Of a stretch of DNA of 52,518 nt, positions 48,308 to 52,518 are shown one piece after another; positions within the stretch are counted from its first letter, which is position 1; each line of letters opens with the position of its first letter. This stretch comes from an uncultured Methanosarcinales archaeon. Lineage in GTDB: Archaea > Nanobdellota > Nanobdellia > Woesearchaeales > CAZYIM01. Below the pieces are notes generated by a model. The model was given only the letters and a program-made list of their open reading frames with translations. It ran no database searches and was not told the DNA's origin. The stretch spans positions 1 to 52,518 of the forward strand of contig CAZYIM010000018.1 of assembly GCA_964647565.1 (NCBI GenBank), in the 5' to 3' direction. Both the position numbers and the translations under genes were made by a program.

Positions 48308-49024
48308 TTACATAGACTTCTTTGCTGTTTTCCAAAGAAGCTCAAAATGTTTCTTAAAGTTATCTGAAAGTTGCTTAGACTTTACTCTAATAGCAACCAT
48401 TTCAGGATCAAAGATTAAATTTAACATTATGTTATCATAACACAAATTAACAGTAGTGCTCCCGAACTCTCTAGATAAATATTTTATTTTGTAAAATTTT
48501 GATGGCGGATTAACAACGCCCTCTGTATAGATAAATCTGTGATTTATTTTGTATTTAGTTTGTTCTCTAAAATAATATTTGGCAAATTCAGGAAGATATT
48601 TTCTTAATTGTCCTGCTATACTATATCCAACAACTTCTTCTTTTTTGAGAAGAATATCTTTGAGAGCAGACTTTAATCCCTGCTTTCCTTTAAAAACTTC
48701 AACAATAACTTTTTCATCAATTTGCGATTGGACCTTCTTAAGTTCTGGAATTAGTTTAGAAATTGAGCTTTCTTTTTCTTTTAGGTAAGTCAGAATATTT
48801 TCTGGATCAGCAGCACGAAAGAACTGCTTGTTTTCTTTGATTAAGTAAGAAACAAGCCCTTTCTCTTTTAGTTTTTCTAAGCTGTCATAGATATTCGTCC
48901 TATGTAATCCAGAACTTTGACTTATTTCGGCCACTGTTGCTTCTCCGAGCTTGAGCAGAGTTAAATAAGTTTTAGCTTCGCTATCTGAAAGTCCAATCTC
49001 TTTAAGTTGTTTAGGGTTAATCAT
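48308..49024 (-). CDS. TrmB-family transcriptional regulator
   Basis: LKEIGLSDSEAKTYLTLL...HRTNIYDSLEKLKEKGLVSY...FKKHFELLW. Confidence 0.9.
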   Translation of the reverse strand: MINPKQLKEIGLSDSEAKTYLTLLKLGEATVAEISQSSGLHRTNIYDSLEKLKEKGLVSYLIKENKQFFRAADPENILTYLKEKESSISKLIPELKKVQSQIDEKVIVEVFKGKQGLKSALKDILLKKEEVVGYSIAGQLRKYLPEFAKYYFREQTKYKINHRFIYTEGVVNPPSKFYKIKYLSREFGSTTVNLCYDNIMLNLIFDPEMVAIRVKSKQLSDNFKKHFELLWKTAKKSM

Positions 49025-49103
49025 TTGTTTTAGTTTGATTTGTTCATATTTAAATGTTTCGTCTTTTTTTAGACAAATCGTATTTATATACTTTCTTAAT
49101 TAA

Positions 49104-49117
49104 CCACTTTAAAGTGG
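49104..49117. promoter_or_regulatory. Perfect palindrome between the TATA box and start codon
   Basis: CCACTTTAAAGTGG overlapping the GGAGG ribosome-binding site. Confidence 0.5.
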
Positions 49118-49130
49118 AGGTAAAATTAAA

Positions 49131-49982
49131 ATGGAACCGCTAAAGCAAATGATTCAAGGAATGGCAGGACAATCAAATCCTCAATTAAAAATAGATAGGA
49201 CAGGACTACTCGTTATAGATGTGGTTAATGATGGTAATGATGATAATGGGTTTTTCAAAACTAAACTAGGATTTGATATTTCTTTATTGCAGGAAATTGA
49301 ATCGAATGTTATTTCATTAGTTGAAACAAGTAAAAAGATGGGACTATCTGTAATTGGTGTCCAAGCAATTTATGATTTTGGTTATATTCCCGAACCAATG
49401 CGTGAGCGTTTTGAAGCTATGGGAATTCAGGGTGGACTCGCCCCTAAAGGTGCTTGGGGTTCTGATATAATTCCTCAAGTAAGAGACGCAGGATTAGATC
49501 TTGTTTTAGTAAAATCGCATTATTCTGCTTTTGCACCAGGAAGAACTTTCGCTTTTCGTTCTGGAAATCCAGTTTTAGAAGAATATATGCGATTAGCTTC
49601 TTCAGAAGATTCAAGACTTCGAGAAGAGGGAAAAAAAACAATGTTGGAGTATTTTGCAGAAGCACAAGTTAGTAGAGAAGATATTGACTCTCATTTAAAT
49701 CAAGGGGGTGTTGTCAGTCTAGATAATTATCTAAGAGGTAAAGACATTGATACTTTAATTGTTACAGGAGCATCTACGCATGTTTGTGTTAATAGCACGA
49801 TAGCAGGAGCATCAGAAAGGGGATATAAAATATTTGAACCAATTGATGCAGTTGCTGCTGAGGGAGTTCCTAATGAAGGACATTTGAGACATTTTGTTTA
49901 TGCTAGTAATGATGGAATGTTTAAAGCAGAATTGACGACAACAGAGAAGCTGTTGGAGGCCTTAAAACCTCATACTTCTTAG
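49131..49982 (+). CDS. Isochorismatase / cysteine hydrolase family protein
   Basis: LLVIDVVND, KSHYSAF, LIVTGASTHVCVNST, ASERGY; roughly 60-aa insertion. Confidence 0.9.
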   Translation: MEPLKQMIQGMAGQSNPQLKIDRTGLLVIDVVNDGNDDNGFFKTKLGFDISLLQEIESNVISLVETSKKMGLSVIGVQAIYDFGYIPEPMRERFEAMGIQGGLAPKGAWGSDIIPQVRDAGLDLVLVKSHYSAFAPGRTFAFRSGNPVLEEYMRLASSEDSRLREEGKKTMLEYFAEAQVSREDIDSHLNQGGVVSLDNYLRGKDIDTLIVTGASTHVCVNSTIAGASERGYKIFEPIDAVAAEGVPNEGHLRHFVYASNDGMFKAELTTTEKLLEALKPHTS

Positions 49983-49991
49983 TTTTAACAG

Positions 49992-50071
49992 GAGCTTAAA
50001 AAGAGAATAGCTTAAAGCCTGGGTGTTCCCAGCCAGGTGGTTGGGTGTAGATGAAATAATCTGCTTCTTTT
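49992..50071 (+). repeat. 80-bp direct repeat C, right copy
   Basis: 79/80 identical to 46506-46585; the one change is synonymous (GAT/GAC) in the minus-strand frame. Confidence 0.95.
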
Positions 50072-50300
50072 GCTTTGTCTTTGCAATGGTTGGCGAAGGT
50101 TATGTCTTCTGAAGGGCCGTAGGATAAGGCTATTGTCTTGTAGCCTAACTGTTTTAAAGTATTTATTCTTTTAATATCTGTTGCTTCGTCTCTTCTGGAG
50201 TAGGTTAAGGGTATTTTCTTATTATCTCCTGAATGGGTGCCTATGAAGCTTTCTATTAGTAAGATGTCTGCGTTGGCAGTAGAAATGCAGAGAATAATAA
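49996..50300 (-). pseudogene. 5'-truncated gene fragment (possibly the C-terminus of a TIM-barrel glycoside hydrolase-like protein)
   Basis: Coding-like ADILLIESFIG...KTIALSYGP...YFIYTQ with no credible start; the listed GTG lies inside the opposite-strand MazG gene. Confidence 0.5.
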
Positions 50301-50428
50301 TTTTAATTCGATTTAAGCTTGAGAACAAAAAAGAACTGGCAGAGCTTGTTCGATTGTATCTTCGAGAGAAAGGGTTTAACTCAGAAGACAAGCCTTTGAA
50401 GACAGATATAAGGGAAAAAATTAAATAG
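50301..50428 (+). pseudogene. Probable 3' remnant of a gene formerly upstream of the MazG-like gene
   Basis: Coding-like FKLENKKELAELVRLYLREKGF...KIK* whose N-terminal part is antisense to another fragment. Confidence 0.4.
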
Positions 50429-50448
50429 GTGTGGTTGTTCGGGCTTTT

Positions 50449-50778
50449 ATGGCCTTTGAACATCTTCGTGAGAAAATCGTTGATTTCCGTAAAGTTCGTG
50501 AGTGGGAACCCTTCCACAATGCAAAGGATCTGGCTGTCTCTATCAGTCTTGAATCTTCTGAACTACTAGAATTATTTCAATGGAAAAGGACACCTGATGA
50601 GATCAATGAGGTCATCAAGACCCAAAAGGAAGACATTTCAGATGAAATGGCAGATGTATTGATATACCTAATCAATCTGGCAGATGTCGCTGATGTTGAT
50701 CTGGAGAAAGCAGTATTAAAGAAGATCGAGAAGAACGCTAAGAAGTATCCTGCGGACAAAGCTCAAGGCGGTCTTTAG
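50449..50778 (+). CDS. MazG-like nucleotide pyrophosphohydrolase
   Basis: FR..REW..FH.AKDLA.SI.LE..ELLE.FQW, DEMADVLIY, K...N.KKYP. Confidence 0.92.
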   Translation: MAFEHLREKIVDFRKVREWEPFHNAKDLAVSISLESSELLELFQWKRTPDEINEVIKTQKEDISDEMADVLIYLINLADVADVDLEKAVLKKIEKNAKKYPADKAQGGL

Positions 50779-50784
50779 AAAATA

Positions 50785-51261
50785 ATGAAAAAAGATAAAG
50801 AAAAACTGTGTAAAAAAGAATTAACTAAACCTCGAACTTATGCGTGGATAATTGGTCTTACTGTGGTAATTACTTTTTTATTGATTCTAAATGGTGTTTT
50901 TACGAATAAAAATACTTCTTGTTATTATGATACTGTGAAGTTATTTGAATATCGGACTCATCTAGAATACTTAGCTATTCAAGATTTAAGTGATCGTAAT
51001 GTCAATATTTTAGATAGAAATGCTTGGTTAATTAAAGGAGATAAAGTCTTTGCAGAACATGAATATGATCAAGCGATAGAGGAATTAAATAATGTTCAAT
51101 CTTTTGAAAATAAAATGAGTGATATTACAGATAAAATTGAATCTAAACATATGACCTGTAAAAAGTTTCAAAATTCCATTTCTATTCTAAATTTTATTGA
51201 GATAATTTTAGCAATAGTGTTATTATTTTTATCTGCAAACTTTATTGAAAGAACAAAATAA
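50785..51261 (+). CDS. Two-TM membrane protein
   Basis: N- and C-terminal hydrophobic helices around a helical loop. Confidence 0.7.
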   Translation: MKKDKEKLCKKELTKPRTYAWIIGLTVVITFLLILNGVFTNKNTSCYYDTVKLFEYRTHLEYLAIQDLSDRNVNILDRNAWLIKGDKVFAEHEYDQAIEELNNVQSFENKMSDITDKIESKHMTCKKFQNSISILNFIEIILAIVLLFLSANFIERTK

Positions 51262-51408
51262 AATTATTTTATCATCCTGAGCACGAAACCTTCTCCAAAT
51301 AACAAACTGATTTTACGTTAGTAATTCTTTTGGATGTCATCATCCTGCGAACTTTAACAGACCTATATTAGAAACAAAGAATTTGCATGTTGACAAGGAA
51401 AACTTTAT

Positions 51409-51439
51409 AAGCATGAAAAACTAATATTTTTTCATGCTT
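51409..51439. promoter_or_regulatory. Perfect 12-bp inverted repeat over the PIN gene start
   Basis: AAGCATGAAAAA-N7-TTTTTCATGCTT right after TTTATAA and covering ATG 51434. Confidence 0.6.
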
Positions 51440-51940
51440 CGAGTTATTTTTGATACAAATATTTACGGTTTATTATTGATAGAAAAAGATTTCGAGGAAA
51501 TTGAAACGAGAATTTCCCAAGAGAAAGACTTTATTGTTTATGGTTATAAACCAATTCGTAAGGAACTAAGAGATATACCTAAAAAAACAAAACTAAGTAG
51601 ACAAACTAGAACTGTGATATTGGATTTATATGATAGAATAACTGGTAAACATTTCTTTGAACATTCAATAAAGATTACAAATATTGCGAAGAAATATTAT
51701 GATTCTTATCGAAATTCTGGTGGAGTGCATGGTTGGGATACTAATATTAGAATTGATTTTATGATAGTTGCTTGTGCTAGTTTTAAAGGACTAGATGTTG
51801 TCTATTCAGGAGATACTAAAACATTGTTATGCAAAAACGCTCTTAAAGCGTACAAACATGTAAATCTCAAAGAAAATTTAAGAACACCAAATATGTTAAA
51901 ATATTCTGACTTGATGAAGAAATTCAGAAATTCAATATAA
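51434..51940 (+). CDS. PIN-domain protein
   Basis: VIFDTNIY, IRKELR, IDFMIVACA, VVYSGD. Confidence 0.8.
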   Translation: MLRVIFDTNIYGLLLIEKDFEEIETRISQEKDFIVYGYKPIRKELRDIPKKTKLSRQTRTVILDLYDRITGKHFFEHSIKITNIAKKYYDSYRNSGGVHGWDTNIRIDFMIVACASFKGLDVVYSGDTKTLLCKNALKAYKHVNLKENLRTPNMLKYSDLMKKFRNSI

Positions 51941-52117
51941 TTTATAGATTTTCTTAGTTGTTTCTATAAATCTATTAATTTCATCAATAAAAACAGGATC
52001 TTTCTGAACTTCTTTTATACTTATCTCTTTTCGTTTAGCTTTAGAACGCTTCTTCACATCTCTTTGCATGTTAGACTTTATCGAAGTTCTACTATTTAAA
52101 TTTTTCTTAAATTGCAT
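51932..52117 (-). CDS. Small basic protein, possible partner of the convergent PIN gene
   Basis: GGGGGA ribosome-binding site before MQFKK; 9-nt tail-to-tail overlap with the PIN gene. Confidence 0.5.
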   Translation of the reverse strand: MQFKKNLNSRTSIKSNMQRDVKKRSKAKRKEISIKEVQKDPVFIDEINRFIETTKKIYKLY

Positions 52118-52240
52118 TAAATATCCCCCAACCAATAAAGATATTTATTTAATTATTTAATTTTTTCGGATTTAAAAGAATTTAGTATCGAGAGGAGGAA
52201 AATTCTTAATTAAGCTTTTTTCCGCAATTCACCCCCCATT

Positions 52241-52518
52241 TTAGTGCCTAATCCCGCAAATCCTCTCCCCCTTCTTATATAGTCCGGAAATCTTCCGGCT
52301 TCTTCCCTCATTCTTTCCGGTTTTTTCTGCGGAGAATATATACTGGCTGGGTTGGGGCTGGCGCTTTGTGGAATCAGGGTTTATAAGATGATGTTCACAA
52401 TCACGGCAGGGTTGATTAGCTCTTAGTTTGTAGTGTTCTGGTTCAATGCTAGATTTACCTACATCTTCAGCTATCATATCAAATTGGGTCATTACACAGT
52501 ACATTCCACCAGGGATTT
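52241..52518 (-). CDS. Partial hypothetical protein (frame open to the window end)
   Basis: Frame open upstream of the listed ATG; CRDC motif; the C-terminal third may be read-through into non-coding DNA. Confidence 0.45.
   Translation of the reverse strand, partial: IPGGMYCVMTQFDMIAEDVGKSSIEPEHYKLRANQPCRDCEHHLINPDSTKRQPQPSQYIFSAEKTGKNEGRSRKISGLYKKGERICGIRH

Noticed and set aside
49996..50517. Listed 173-aa ORF as a full gene
   Set aside because: Its first third is antisense to the MazG-like gene and the upstream fragment; only the C-terminal part looks coding
974..50759. Numerous short ORFs antisense to or nested in called genes (for example 1663-1959, 5163-5528, 18847-19251, 31998-32474, 34916-35398, 41140-41640)
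   Set aside because: These are shadow frames of well-supported genes, with no motifs or promoters
1..52518. Prophage, IS element, tRNA or rRNA
   Set aside because: No structural virus genes, transposase, integrase, cloverleaf or rRNA-like GC-rich segments were recognised by eye

Overview
This is an AT-rich, gene-dense accessory region of an archaeal genome, most likely DPANN (Woesearchaeota/Pacearchaeota-like). That assignment is inferred from BRE/TATA promoters about 25 nt before many start codons, three TrmB regulators and a tandem-duplicated Lrp/AsnC regulator. I saw no rRNA, tRNA, CRISPR array, integrase or transposase. The window holds about 70 mostly small, independently promoted genes: about 7 toxin-antitoxin (TA) modules, three tandem secreted paralogues (one frameshifted), Ogg, a KamA-family radical SAM enzyme, an NrtA/SsuA-type ABC operon with an in-frame TGA, nucleotide-handling enzymes (macro, 2H, CYTH, NDT-like, MazG-like), three HExxH proteins and many hypotheticals. 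The most unusual signal is structural. Three cargo blocks (about 0.7, 2.1 and 3.5 kb) are each bracketed by 74-80 bp direct repeats. Two of these repeats are duplicated 3' gene ends that differ largely by synonymous or conservative changes. A co-oriented 15-bp imperfect palindrome (TCGTAR-ATC-TTSYGG) recurs just after stop codons. Together these suggest stepwise cassette accretion with no recombinase encoded in the window. All protein calls are by motif recognition; no database search was run.
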